In this document: piece after piece, positions 48,301 to 59,071 of the stretch
Layout of the letters: each line of letters begins with the position of its first letter
How positions within the stretch are numbered: position 1 is the first letter of the stretch
NCBI GenBank assembly: GCA_965235115.1
Contig: OZ249436.1
Location: forward strand, 55,740,001 to 55,804,000
Direction: 5' to 3'
Length of the DNA stretch: 64,000 bases
Origin: Laetmonice hystrix
Taxonomy: Eukaryota
Notes under the pieces: generated by a model
The model's database searches: none
The model's input: only the letters and a program-made list of their open reading frames with translations
Told to the model about the DNA's origin: nothing
Position numbers and translations under genes: made by a program

Positions 48301-51300
48301 CGGGCCTCCAGGTCATGATGCTCCAGTTTGTCGATACATTGAGGCACTAAGGCGTCCGTGGCCACCTTGTCCAAGATGTTCTTGTTCTGATCAGTGTGGG
48401 TCTTCAGTCCTGATAGCCCTTCGAGCACCACGCGGTCGTCCACCGATTGCAGTTTCTTGTCGTACTGCTGCCAGTCGACCACACTCATGGCGATGATTTA
48501 TGAGATTGTTCGCGGTATTATAAAAATGTCTTGGGGATGTTTGCCTCAAAGGAGGAAACAGGAAGGATTTGCCGAAGACTTAGCTGCTCTGATTCTTTAT
48601 GTCAGTTTTGAGATAAAAATCCATCGATTTCATTCTGAAATAAAGAAGGCAGAGCTGTATAGTCACTTGATATCACAGTCATGGAACTAGATGGATGAGC
48701 TGAAATGAAGATTAGATATGATACAGTAGAAGATTGTAGCATTGTGTCGAAGCCAAGGGAATTGTAATATTGTCTGCAATACAGTACTTGTAGACGTACT
48801 CCTGAAAATTGATGCCTCAGACACGCGCTTTCCGCTTGCCCGCTCTGTCACACAAGGAAATATATAAAAGGCTTTGCTGGGAACGTGATAAGAAGAACCC
48901 TTCTAATAGATACTACTGTCAGCTATCAAAGAATATATCTGGAAATGAAGAGGGTTGATATGTAGAACCGTGGACTAATATATTAGTCCGAGGTAGAACA
49001 CATTCACTCTGCGTGCTTTCTCTGTGAGATTAGCTCGCAAATGACCGCCCTTATCGTAGCACACTGGATGAGTGCCCATTTATGGCTAAATTCGGTCCAA
49101 AGTCAAAACACTCACCCTTCTTTCCAGTTTTACCGGCGAAACATTGTGATATGTCTGCTGTTGTTTGTATGCTCTCGTTACACATGTGGTTGGAAGCCCA
49201 GTTCCCAACCTTTTCTACACTGGCCGGGCACCGTCTGACCAGACAGGAAGTGTACATAGTTGCCATGGCAGCGGTTGACCCGGCCCAGCACGTTGCATGT
49301 AGCCGCTTGTCCCAGAGGCTTTAAGGAGCTTAGAGTGGTTGGATCGCAGAGGCTCGATCTGGTAATGATTGGTCTCAGATAATCGCAGCCACACCGAGTG
49401 AAGAGTGTGAACGCTGTGGGGGGAGGAGGGGGAGGCTGGAGAGTTGGGAGTGTCTTGTTTTGAACTGAATGATTCATTCGTCGGGAGAGTTAAACTAGCA
49501 CACAAGGCCCATCCTATCTGAAATAGAATCCTAATACATGGACTTATCTGTGTGGTTTTTAATCACCAGGAAGGAAAATCAGCATCTAATGATGCAATCT
49601 ACTGTGTGATAGTAGGCATCAGGGGCCCTCCGATACTCGTTACCATTAATATGGAGTGCAGTTCGTTACTGCTGATCGTGATTCATAGTGTATTTGTTTC
49701 TACATGGACATACATCTCAATGTTATTCTGAGCAGTGTGTATAAGTACCTTCCTATGTGACGTATTGCAACTATTTTTATCTCGTTTTCCGTAAGAGCGT
49801 TGTCTTATTTCCTTCAATCTAAGGGTCATTAATTTATCACTGTTTGTAAGCTGCAATCTCTTTAAATGTTTAACGGTTTTAAAGAAAGGCGTAAAATGTA
49901 AGAGACCAATATTTTTTAACGTCTTACACTATCGTGTAATTATGCATCATGGTCCATCAACATATCCCCATTACAAGGAGGTTCACAATCTTGAAAGCAC
50001 ACAACAATGAAATGAAACTTTCATTTTAATCTCTGACACAATGGCATCACAGTCAAGAACCTGCAGGAAGGAAAGCCTTTCGTGCTAATCCGTTTTTTGT
50101 TTAATTGCTAATCTCGAAGAATTTCCAAGACGTGTTTTTATGTCCGTGTTAAATGTGTGTCTATAACGAGTAGATCTAAGCGATGAGACGCGCGGCGACG
50201 GCTGATTGCGAGTCATCTTTAAATACGTTAGGGAAGAATAGAAATCAAAGAGAATTCTGATTTCTGCACATTTAATGTTATTACCCCCTGCAGTATCAGA
50301 TCATCGAAACATTCTGTATAATTCAGTGGATGAATTTACATATTAAGTCCCCAAAGCTTATCTCTCCAGGGGCGCACCAGATTTATTATGTCGTGTATAG
50401 AGTATGAATCTTGCCCCTAAAAGAAATAACGTATAGCTGTTGGAAGATGTGACTTGTGTTACATACCGGAGGATGCCAGGGCGTTTTATGCTATACAAGA
50501 TTACGGTAGTGAAATGATTTTGAAATACAATTACACTTGGATGAGTGTACCTAGTTACTTGAGAACTTATAGGTGAGGCCCTAAGGGTGTTTGAAATCGA
50601 AGGGGATGGTTTAGTAATGAACCATTTATTGGATTGAAGTGCCCTGGTGCTCCTATAATATCGTGAGCGACAGAAACATTTCCCAGAGCCACTGCACCAC
50701 AAGTCTTGCTCATGCATCTGGACACAACTGGAATTGATGTTGAAGAGTATAACATTGCATCAATATTGACACATCCGTTTCTTGTAGAAGAGACATCGTG
50801 TGATCAGGAGCTGCTCCGGCCCGGAGCGGGCGAGCAGTCGAGCGGCCTGGTTGGGGCCGGGCGGCGGTGTCGGGAATGTCCGGAGACCCGTTATACTCCC
50901 ACATCGGACGGCGCCAACAAGGGTGTCTTTAACAGGCCATGATTGCTTACTCTGTGTCGTCTTTCGCGTCTGGCCATTGTCACATGAGCCACCGCTGCCT
51001 TCATCCGGTCGATTCACCCCCCGCCCCACCGGGTTTTTTTTTGTGTGTGTGTTCCAGCGGGGTAATATGTAAAAGCTGCCTTGAGTAGCTATTGTCCGAT
51101 GTAATCTTTGATGTCGTTATGGGAAAGACGCCGAGTGTGGAGGCTGCGCTGCACTTAGCTCACCACTAATCATGTACCGTACCGAGCCGTGCTGAGCCCT
51201 TCTGACTGCCTTCCAAGTACGGACCAGTGCCATGACTCGCCACTGTTCTCGGCAAGCCTCAATAGCCAGATCAAGGAAGGGTTGAACTGAACCAAGGCGG

Positions 51301-54300
51301 GCGTTGCTAATCATCAGTTCAGGCATGCATGCAATCTCAGAATTACCGTGCAGGGGCAGCCTAAAGGGAAAGTAGTGCTGCATCTACCCTGGAGAAACGC
51401 TTACGTTAAGTCGTCAAAGCTTCAGAAGTGGAGAGACTAGGTGCAGAAAACCGATTAGATTCGGGCCCAGAGTGCAAAATGATGCTGTGCTGGCAGGAAA
51501 TCTGCGATTTTTTAAATGCAAAAAAAATACATTGTGCATGTACTTCAAAGTGTGTTTAACGGTATAGAACGTGGAGACTACAATTTAATTTTGATCTTTG
51601 TTTCTTTTACTGTGCTAAGGAAGAAGTTCGTGGCGTGATCTTTGTACTTATGTACATGTAATATTTCGTTTGAAGTCACATACAGAACATGGTCTATCTG
51701 AGGAACATCTTGCAACAAAAGCGAATGTCTCCGAAGAATTGCCTGCATAGATACTATTACAACCATCATTTGGCAGCATTTATTACATTGCGTCTTGTAT
51801 AGATATCAATGACGTACTCATCGCTTTATATTTGGCGCAGATGGTCAAAGTCAAACAGAACAGTGAAGATGAAAGTTTGGTGATGTAAACTATTGTTCTA
51901 AATCTGTCACCTAGCTGAAGGTGACGTAAGTACCGTTTATTGTTGATGACGAACGAGCCAGACAGCCTCGTCTGGACGTGTACACCAGACAGCAAGGGTA
52001 CCGATGACAGTAATTCACGTCATAGGTTATAACACGGCCCCACGGCCCACGATCATGTCATAATAATTCTCCACCAGGTTCTTGTCCAGACAGTTCAACC
52101 ATTCACATGACACTCATGTCTGAGCTGTGTACGTTACAACTCGGTGACACTATATCATGGAATACTAGATCCTATGGGCCGCTGTGTCAGCCGATATTTA
52201 AGCTGTCTTGTATGTTTGAATTTTTCCATCAGAAAAACATGTTCTCTTCGATAATCTAACAAGTATAATCGGCAGTTTTTGAACCATTCATCTGTTCCCT
52301 GAAAGTCTAGAGATGCTAATTCAGGAAATTAAGCCAGAATCACTTGTCATACTGGCTTGGCTAAATGTCCTCACCAGCTGCCATTATTTGACATTGATGG
52401 ATTAAATGGATTTTTAATTGAATAGATCGTAGGTGTGATAAGTGACACCTGCTCAGTTGCTGAAGCTGTGATTGCAACACTGTGATTCCTATAATACATC
52501 TATGTACAGCACAGGCTAAGGTGCCTGGAGTCAGCAGCATGGAGCCTTTAAGTTTTCTCATGCGAATTATCTCTAAAATTGACCGGATTATCCCAGGGCC
52601 GCAGTGGATTACGGTGGATTTCAGCACTATCCGGTGAGGTCCGTCTCCCTCAGTGTCCCATCAATCCGGATCTGATGCCCTTGTTATGTTTCCAACCAGC
52701 AAACAACGGCTGTTTGGTGGGTATCTGATGGCATGAGTGTGTCATCAGATACTGCTGTTTTGTTCAGGTTGATAACCTTGACGGCTCCAAGTGGATGTCG
52801 CCCCAAGTATTGAAGGACGATTTCTAAATTTCTGGGAAATTCACATATTGGTGCAGGTGCGTGTCCCCCACGTTTTCCCCACCATAGCCTGGTGAATCTA
52901 GGTCATCAGTTCGGCGGATTCCCGGCTCGGCGCCGGTTGGCACGGATCCGGCTGATCGCTGGCAGCCTGGTTAGGGAGATATAAAGCCAGCCACACGAAG
53001 ATAGCGGCGTCGGTCTGAGGTGCCTGCCCCAGTCTGCCATCATACGTGTCAGGCTGGGCTTCAGTTTATACAGCTTTTATGTTCATCCCTCGAGTATATC
53101 CCATTTGTAATGCATTATGTCCTTATTCATAAATGTGTGTGTGCTACCCGAGTGAGGTACTTATGTACACCGGTGGCTCGTAGTACCTGATAGCTGAGGC
53201 GTGTATGATATTATACATATGATCAGCACCGCTTTAACACCGTTATATATAAATAAAACATTTGATCTCCTCCAGTGAGTAGTTTGACCTACATACAACT
53301 AGGAAACAATCCCTGGAATGGCAGTGGCAGTTTGTCTGGAGTTGACGCATGCCGATCCATAATGCGGGATTTCAAAGGGATTTAGGTCCACGAGTAGTCG
53401 GAAGTTGGGTACAATGTGTGACCTGATTGGTGCGCCCAGGTCACGTGGGGGTCATCTACTTGCGACCCGAAGGTCGCGGGGATCTCTAATTAATTATTGA
53501 CTTAATGCTTTTCAAAGGGGAAAAACGTCAGAACATTGATGGTGAGGAACAAGTGGAGCGTGGAGCGTTCTATAGGCCATTGCATGTCAGGTGCGGGTGC
53601 GGATATTTAAGGAAGGGGGGCACGTGCCCCCCCCCATGACAGTGCCCCTAATGTTTTGCCCCATGATTGGAATCATTACATTACACTTCCTGTTTTTGAG
53701 ATCCTTCTCGTGAAAGTATCTAGCGAAAGGTTTCTAGGAATTAGTTGTCTCCAAAAGTCTGAAAGGTTATTACTGAGGAAATGAACGTCGTACAGTATCT
53801 GATTGTGTTTATGATACATGATACATTACGGTAATAACCATGCGTACAGTATCAAGTATACACTGAGTGGCCGGCTGGCAAAAAAAAACGCGACAGGGCA
53901 GTTTACTGTCTTGGCAGGGCTGTGAATTTCCTTCCGTTCATATGTCTGTTTGCAAACACGAAGGCTTTAGTTACTCAGTGGAGATTGGATAATTAAAATC
54001 TGCCCTCCATGACAACGTTTGATAGCTTTGCCCCCTTTAAAAAAAGCAGTTGGCCACAAATAGACGGGTTCCATTATTGTCTTGCCTCCAAAAGCCTCCA
54101 GGAAGCTGTGAGCAGGATAAGGTATCTAAATATATTGTACAGGTCCCGTTATTGTTGCCACTTTAGATGCCAGCATATGTTCGTTTCTACACATTACCAC
54201 TCATAATGCACACAGGCCTGTGCAGTTTCACTGTTTAAGCAGTGGAAACGATGATGGATTAGAAAGCTAATGTGAGATTAACCTTGAGAGGATATGTAAT

Positions 54301-57300
54301 TGTACTGCAGCGAGCGCGTGTTGATGTGTGTGACGGTTGTACATAACATACGTCCCACCCAGGAGGCGGTGATGGCTGGGAAACCGGCCATAATATCCGT
54401 CAGTATGACGGTCGCCACCACACCGTTGTAATGGCCATCGCCCCCACCGGACTTGACCTACCCCCCCCCCCCCCCCCCAACCACCAACCGCGCCCTGACT
54501 CAGGGCTATTAAAATGGTGCAAGGCACAGCTGTATCGGGTAATGTACTGGAAAGACCTACGGTTGATTATACATTTGTATTATCCAATCTTTATGCGATA
54601 GTGATAATATCATCAAATGCTACTAAATGACCCATGTTTAGATATGACTACACAAAGAGATGTACTCTCTCGCCATAAGTGATCCCTGGGGTAGGTCTGG
54701 GTATTTACAATAAGTCAAGTAGTTACTGGGTTCAGTTTTAGGCAGCTGCCACCATTACCAGCTCTCCTATAATAGAGCCGCATCTCCTGTGTTTAATGTT
54801 AGTTAACCATGTGTGACAGTTTTACTGTAACGGGATAGGATTTACTGTAATGGGATAGGATTTCCTTCCTACTGGTCTTCAAACCGATTAGGATAATCCA
54901 AATTTTGCATAACAAAAGCGTACAAACCGTCTAAATTAGATTACTAATGTTTTACTTGGACGGCCATAAATTTAAGGAAGGAATGAAGTAGCATGGAGTT
55001 TAAAGCCATTTGCAATGTAAAGTGCAAATTCAAACGAATTCTTTGTTTAAACTAAATTTCCTGTAAAACCGTTGAGGCCATTTACTGGCATTTTGTTCTC
55101 TTTCGGTGAAGCACTTTCCGTACATTATCTCCACACGCGGAGAATTCCTATCTGTTTCGGAAAGGAAACTCATTCTAGGCATTCTAAACAATCAATCTCG
55201 TAAGGTCTTTACGGAAGATCTGACAAGTGTACCATGTACCTTTGCAATTTGTGAACAATTTCCTGAATATGACCAATGTTTTATGTGTATAATTCATATA
55301 TAAGGAAAAAGTTTCTCATGTTGTGTGTTTCAGATTGGTACAGATATTCGTCTTCTTGCCCACATGAAGGAGATTGAAGAGCCTTTTGAAAAAGACCAGA
55401 TTGGTGAGTAAATTAAATTTAGGACAAATCGCCCTGCTCCGGTCGAAAGTACGAGAGACAAAGCACAACGTGTTTCTGCCCCTATGGCGACAGACGTGGT
55501 AGTTTGTAATGAGTGAGGTAGGCAGCATTGCATCTATCACTTTGAATCCATACGTTCCACAGACCCCCCCCCCCCCCCCAAGCCGTTTTTAGCTGTCGGT
55601 GCAATCAATGAAAAATAACAATCAATGAAATATAGCTATTTCTATCACATTAGTGCCTGGAGTGCGTCAGAAGGCCGCGACCCCGGCGGACCGACTGATT
55701 TAGTCCCCTCCCCGTCACTAAAGATAACTTGGGGCTCCTCTATGATTAAAGTAGCTTCAGTCGTGACGACTTGTATCGACGTGACACCCAACGGATGTTA
55801 CGGGATGGCCACGGGTTACGGGGTCTGGTCTAAATCCGCACCATCCACAACGAAGTCCAACTCTCTGGTCTATTTACTCAGGATTCTGACTGACATTTGT
55901 CCGTTGACATTTTCAGGGAGCTAAGCTCATGGATGAAAATAAGGCCTAAAAAAGCTTCGGTTTTTTTCGGCCATTTGGACTTGTCTGGCAGAACTCTGAT
56001 TCCGCTGGCGAGCACGCACGTATTTTTCAGGACATAAATTGCTCCTCTTGTGCCATCAGCGCTATAGTTTTGCCTTCAAAATCTTTTCCTTGGGCACGTA
56101 AGGCACGTATCCTGGATTTGTTTTAATGGGTGGGTCCTTTTGGGGGGATAGAATGGACCGTTTGTGAACACGTGCAACAGAACAGCCGCAAAGAGGGGGT
56201 TCGGTCTTAACTGAAGAAAGGGGGGGGGGGGTGACGTAACCAACCCCCTACAACTTCGAACCTATGCTCCTAACATGCATAATGTGTTTATAGCTTTTTA
56301 TACGTCCTACTGCGTGGTTCAGACACCCAAGGGTGTTACGAAAGAACATGATATCGGCCTTATAAAAAAGGTTTTTAATTTGAAAAAAAACGGTCATTAT
56401 CTCGAACCTAATGTTTGCTAATGTTGGTGGCGGCATCTAGCCCTTCCGGCAGTCACTGGGGGGAGATATTGGAACATCCTAGTAATGATGCTTGACCTTT
56501 TAAGTGCTCGGTTACCAGTCCTGTTATTCCCCAGTGTTTAAGGGCTGTCACCCGACTAAATGAGCGACGCGACGTGATGACGTAGCGTCTGTGGCGTACG
56601 TTATAACGTGTCGTCTGCTGCCGTTTGCAGGGTCGAGCGCCATGCCGTACAAGCGGAATCCGATGCGCAGTGAACGAGCGTGCGGTCTGGCCCGTCATTT
56701 GATGACACTCGTACAGGACCCACTCATGACACACTCCACGCAGTGGATGGAACGTACCCTCGACGACAGCGTTAACAGGTGGGGTCCACACGTGTGCAGG
56801 CTCAACTCAGGACCCCTTGGCATTTCGTTATTAGATTGTTCAATTTTCAACGTGATAATGTCACTCAGTGAAGCATTAAGCACACAATGTATAAATGTAA
56901 TAAGCATGTTCCTTCGTGACCACCAAAAACAAGGCGTGTAAAAGACGCCGTGAGAATTTCTTTTTTTAAGCAATCATATTGAATTTCACGCATGATTATG
57001 ATTCAGATGTTTGACTGCATACAAAAGGATATTTTCTCTACGCAGCCATTATCATTTTGGAGGCTTCTATGAAATATTATGTCTATTCATTCCTGACTTC
57101 GACGTACCTGAGTATGCAGTAGAGGTGACATGATTTCGGTGCCCTGTTTTCCTTGTTGCTAGGCGACTGTGTTTGTCGGAGGCGTTCCTCACAGCTGATA
57201 TTATACTGGCCACCCTCCAGAACATCTGTGAAGGATTGGTCGTCTACCCAAAGGTAACGAGTACAATACCCATCGATATCGTGTCTTGCCTGTCCAAGAA

Positions 57301-59071
57301 AGCATGTTGTGTTCAGAGTAATCTATCGTATGGTGCCCTCTGAGTTCTGAAGGTACTGGTTATTGGCCCAAGGAAAGGTATCCTGTCTTCGTATAAACAT
57401 GCGTCAGTAAGAAATATTCCGTTACTAATGTAACGAGTCTCAGGCATTTAGTAACATTAGCGAATTTCGTCTGAATTACACCGACGTATAATTTAAGAAC
57501 ATATCTGAGTACCCGACCAAACTTGAGAAGGTCTATAAAGCTGTTGGTTGCTATCGTTCCAGGTGATAGAGCGGCACGTGAAACAGGAGCTGCCGTTTAT
57601 GGCCTCCGAGAACATCATCATGGCCATGGTGAAAGCTGGCGGCAACAGACAGGTCGGACAAATCTTCTTCCTACTTCCCGTTCTCATACAGCACTCATTG
57701 CTGCCGCCCGCATTGAGAGCGACGTACGGCCCGTGTGCTGGGCCACTCTATTATCGAGCTGCGTAGTATTGTTACGTGTCAGTAATGGGAATGGATGGTC
57801 CTGGTGACATGCCCCTTCCAGGCAGACGGCATTCAGAATGGATAAAATGTTTACCCGGGTGGGGTTTGTGATAATTGGTTTGCCATTTCGACAATTGACC
57901 AGCAGGTAGCGACTGTGATTTTTTTCTGTCCTGCTTGGGAATTGTCTAAGATTAAGATTTGTGACCGAAACGTCTCTGTTTACTATTTATGGCGGACGTG
58001 ATTTTGTTTTACCTGTGCCGCCTGAGAATTGTGCCTGAACGGGACCCCGGTGGCATTTTGACGATTGTTAGGAAGTCCATGGTGGACGTAATGTATTCAG
58101 TTCTACGTGACATGGGCACCGGAACCGAGGGGGGGGGGGGGGTGTCGGACCACCCAAGTGGTAAACTGGGGCCGGGCATCGAATTTGGTCTTGCACCCTT
58201 AACTATGCATATCTTCAATCTAGCCCTTAGCGGGAGCATCAGAATATTTGGTCTGACCCCTCTTCAAACTATCCACAGGCACCTATACATGAGTATCCTG
58301 TTAAGGTTTGTGGCCCAGAAATGTGATTTATTTTTCAGACTGTCCACGAAGAGATCCGGCGCCTGTCTCAGGAAGCAGGAGCCGTGGTTAAGGAACAGGG
58401 TGGTGAAAACGACCTCGTCGAACGGATAAAGAAATCGCCGTTCTTTGAGCCGATTCACGGCCAGCTTGATAAGGTCTTGGATCCGACAACCTTCATAGGA
58501 CGGGCCCCACAACAGGTCGGTGTTGTTAATGTTGTTTGGTTTAATATACATGTATGTGAAGATGACATGGTCTTCTCATGTGAATATGTTCTGGAGCGAT
58601 TATTTACAAGTTGTACAACTGTTCATACTTCTGTCGACCAGGGACTCTACGCAAGGACTCGACAGTAAAGTCTTTAATAAACCCGGCCACGTAAGGTTCG
58701 GGGAGAAATATTTTTTTTCTCAAGATCAAGAACAATTCGGGTTTCCATCCATTTTCTAACAGCACAAGTATATATTCTAGCTCGAGCAGTTATTCTGGTC
58801 AGTTTCAACTATAGAATGCAACTTGTCACTCCAGTATAGTATTCCAGGTGTTCCCGTAGGGACCTGGAGACAATAGGTACCCTTTGCTGTGCAATATTGT
58901 AACTATGTTTTTAGCCGTGAAGACGGCTATCCATGCCGACACGGCGTCAAACCACCACTACTTACTCACTCACTCCTATTCCAGGTGAACCGGTTCATTG
59001 AAGAAGAAGTGCAGCCAATGATAAAGCAATACAATAACAGCTTAGACAGCAAGTCGGAACTCAGCTTGTAA
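27375..59071 (+). CDS. ADSL: Adenylosuccinate lyase; about 503 aa (alternative in-frame ATG at 27348), 13 exons
   Basis: Exons 27375-27584, 29566-29769, 30375-30419, 30686-30765, 30922-31093, 31387-31433, 32071-32161, 55334-55403, 56631-56778, 57163-57253, 57563-57652, 58339-58515, 58985-59071. GT-AG introns, consistent phases, 1512 nt. Motifs [52 protein letters not shown], and the fumarate-lyase signature [15 protein letters not shown]. Confidence 0.97.
37479..38207 (+). CDS. Ependymin-related protein (EPDR), single coding exon, nested in ADSL intron 7
   Basis: Family pattern: [21 protein letters not shown]...[12 protein letters not shown]...[31 protein letters not shown] at the C-terminus. 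AATAAA at 38415. The true start codon is uncertain (ATGs at 37479, 37521, 37536, 37539). Confidence 0.85.
   Translation: MALDVLKICRCGTLMLHILMMTPRNICTPGLGPALLGVGAAGATISDDALVDATRAYVKAGAPCCVPLLEAEALSVVTWFPTGRTPDVFAASAAIAFDNIRLKVAAHGIQLAKGPAGNTSIVIDYQAGWIYVIQPLIQRCQQIQLPFGFKASCIPSDAVALGTTVLGLGSASLAVDNFQIDGMMAGLAMQFKMSVTPQLCVPYQIQCWGYEGAVNVAATVTFVNVSAGVRNPAVFDVPSYCK
38696..39146. mobile_element. Tc1/mariner-like MITE
   Basis: TA|tagagtgagtcagaaaaaaggacac ... gtgtttccttttttctgacatacactg|TA, with inverted similarity of about 85 bp (aagatggcataaatct/agatttatgccatctt). Confidence 0.8.
41894..42215. mobile_element. PIF/Harbinger-like fold-back MITE
   Basis: aggccggcatacacagaacgac...gagtccggaggagtctttagtcctaaacactc / gagtgtttaggactaaagactcctccggactc...gtcgttctgtgtatgccggact, with TAA/TTA flanks. 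Confidence 0.85.
44903..45280. repeat. 54-bp minisatellite, 7 near-perfect copies
   Basis: Unit catgctgttcatgcagggagactagaaacacgagatacgccagccgtcagcggc. Only three substitutions were seen across the array. Confidence 0.95.
46221..48488 (-). CDS. Divergent transportin-1 / karyopherin-beta2-like HEAT-repeat protein, 755 aa, intronless CDS, nested antisense in ADSL intron 7
   Basis: Uninterrupted 2268-nt ORF with GCC-ATG start context and an in-frame TAA four codons upstream. Collinear matches to recalled TNPO1 blocks: [13 protein letters not shown] ~ [26 protein letters not shown] ~ [31 protein letters not shown] ~ [31 protein letters not shown] ~ [26 protein letters not shown] ~ [25 protein letters not shown] ~ EVRQSSFALLGDL; NNALWCL ~ NNATWAI. 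Candidate polyA signal (tttatt on +) at 45842. Confidence 0.88.
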   Translation of the reverse strand: MSVVDWQQYDKKLQSVDDRVVLEGLSGLKTHTDQNKNILDKVATDALVPQCIDKLEHHDLEARSYALSILAQQYCLGNPHLEPYVGDLCRQLDLPNLLDVKQGSPGSNTYTSLHQCLCTLICELQARHAEKLMPHFKPLAQYLIECTGHDDKNIATAACDYWARLTIPPVNPGLMDRWVPAILSRLSKLIPAILRCMVYHDEHLNYLEKRLHGSDDSELPKDLEGYTNLRNYAALGFENVCRIFQTEATIKFKPYLEKWLNSANWLETEAIILALAAFTEAVGTPKDLQDVYPQIIPKFVEFYSHPRPLIRSITCFTMQHFINAEIRNVKDPFTKMLKCTLGLLLDNHREVQEMAIQSLSAMLAYANRDITPHSQKILAGLAKADPVLSGRARYTYYECISHLFGRMGVLLEEKDVETLIKPIMSHWESLDFDKVPSGAGEQDQTFIVCQPLCVVAMYSKSNFATYNDRIFTKVIPYIRQMAAQTSCHDDKTQEVVTMRVVAHLDLLSAMFEGQGTELKDMTLKHDLTNLLLTTLKCSNFKEEVQQSCLALLGHLCQHCPSETEQRMDDTLDILTTQLNSSNNAIRNNALWCLSHIITRSASVPPRVHDLRGKMVEILLKNDSDDGVLVNAALALTALANQSPDQLRDIILKEEVFGRLCLLLQRPFPRAIEKVAIFSSFCSIISANIKEISRQGWIQFCISAAVLDVNDDQLQRTLRALLRDARGALGTPGWNKVSQQVGPQLAIALRKRYKLY
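58910..58975 (+). mobile_element. Probable 3' tail of a SINE/LINE ending in (ACTC)n
   Basis: tagccgtgaagacggcta hairpin followed by ..cacggcgtcaaaccaccactacttactcactcactc, a short-repeat-terminated tail typical of retroposon 3' ends. Confidence 0.45.

Noticed and set aside
46285..48690. Several + strand ORFs of 63-198 aa
   Set aside because: They are antisense shadows of the GC-rich transportin-like CDS, with no recognisable motifs.
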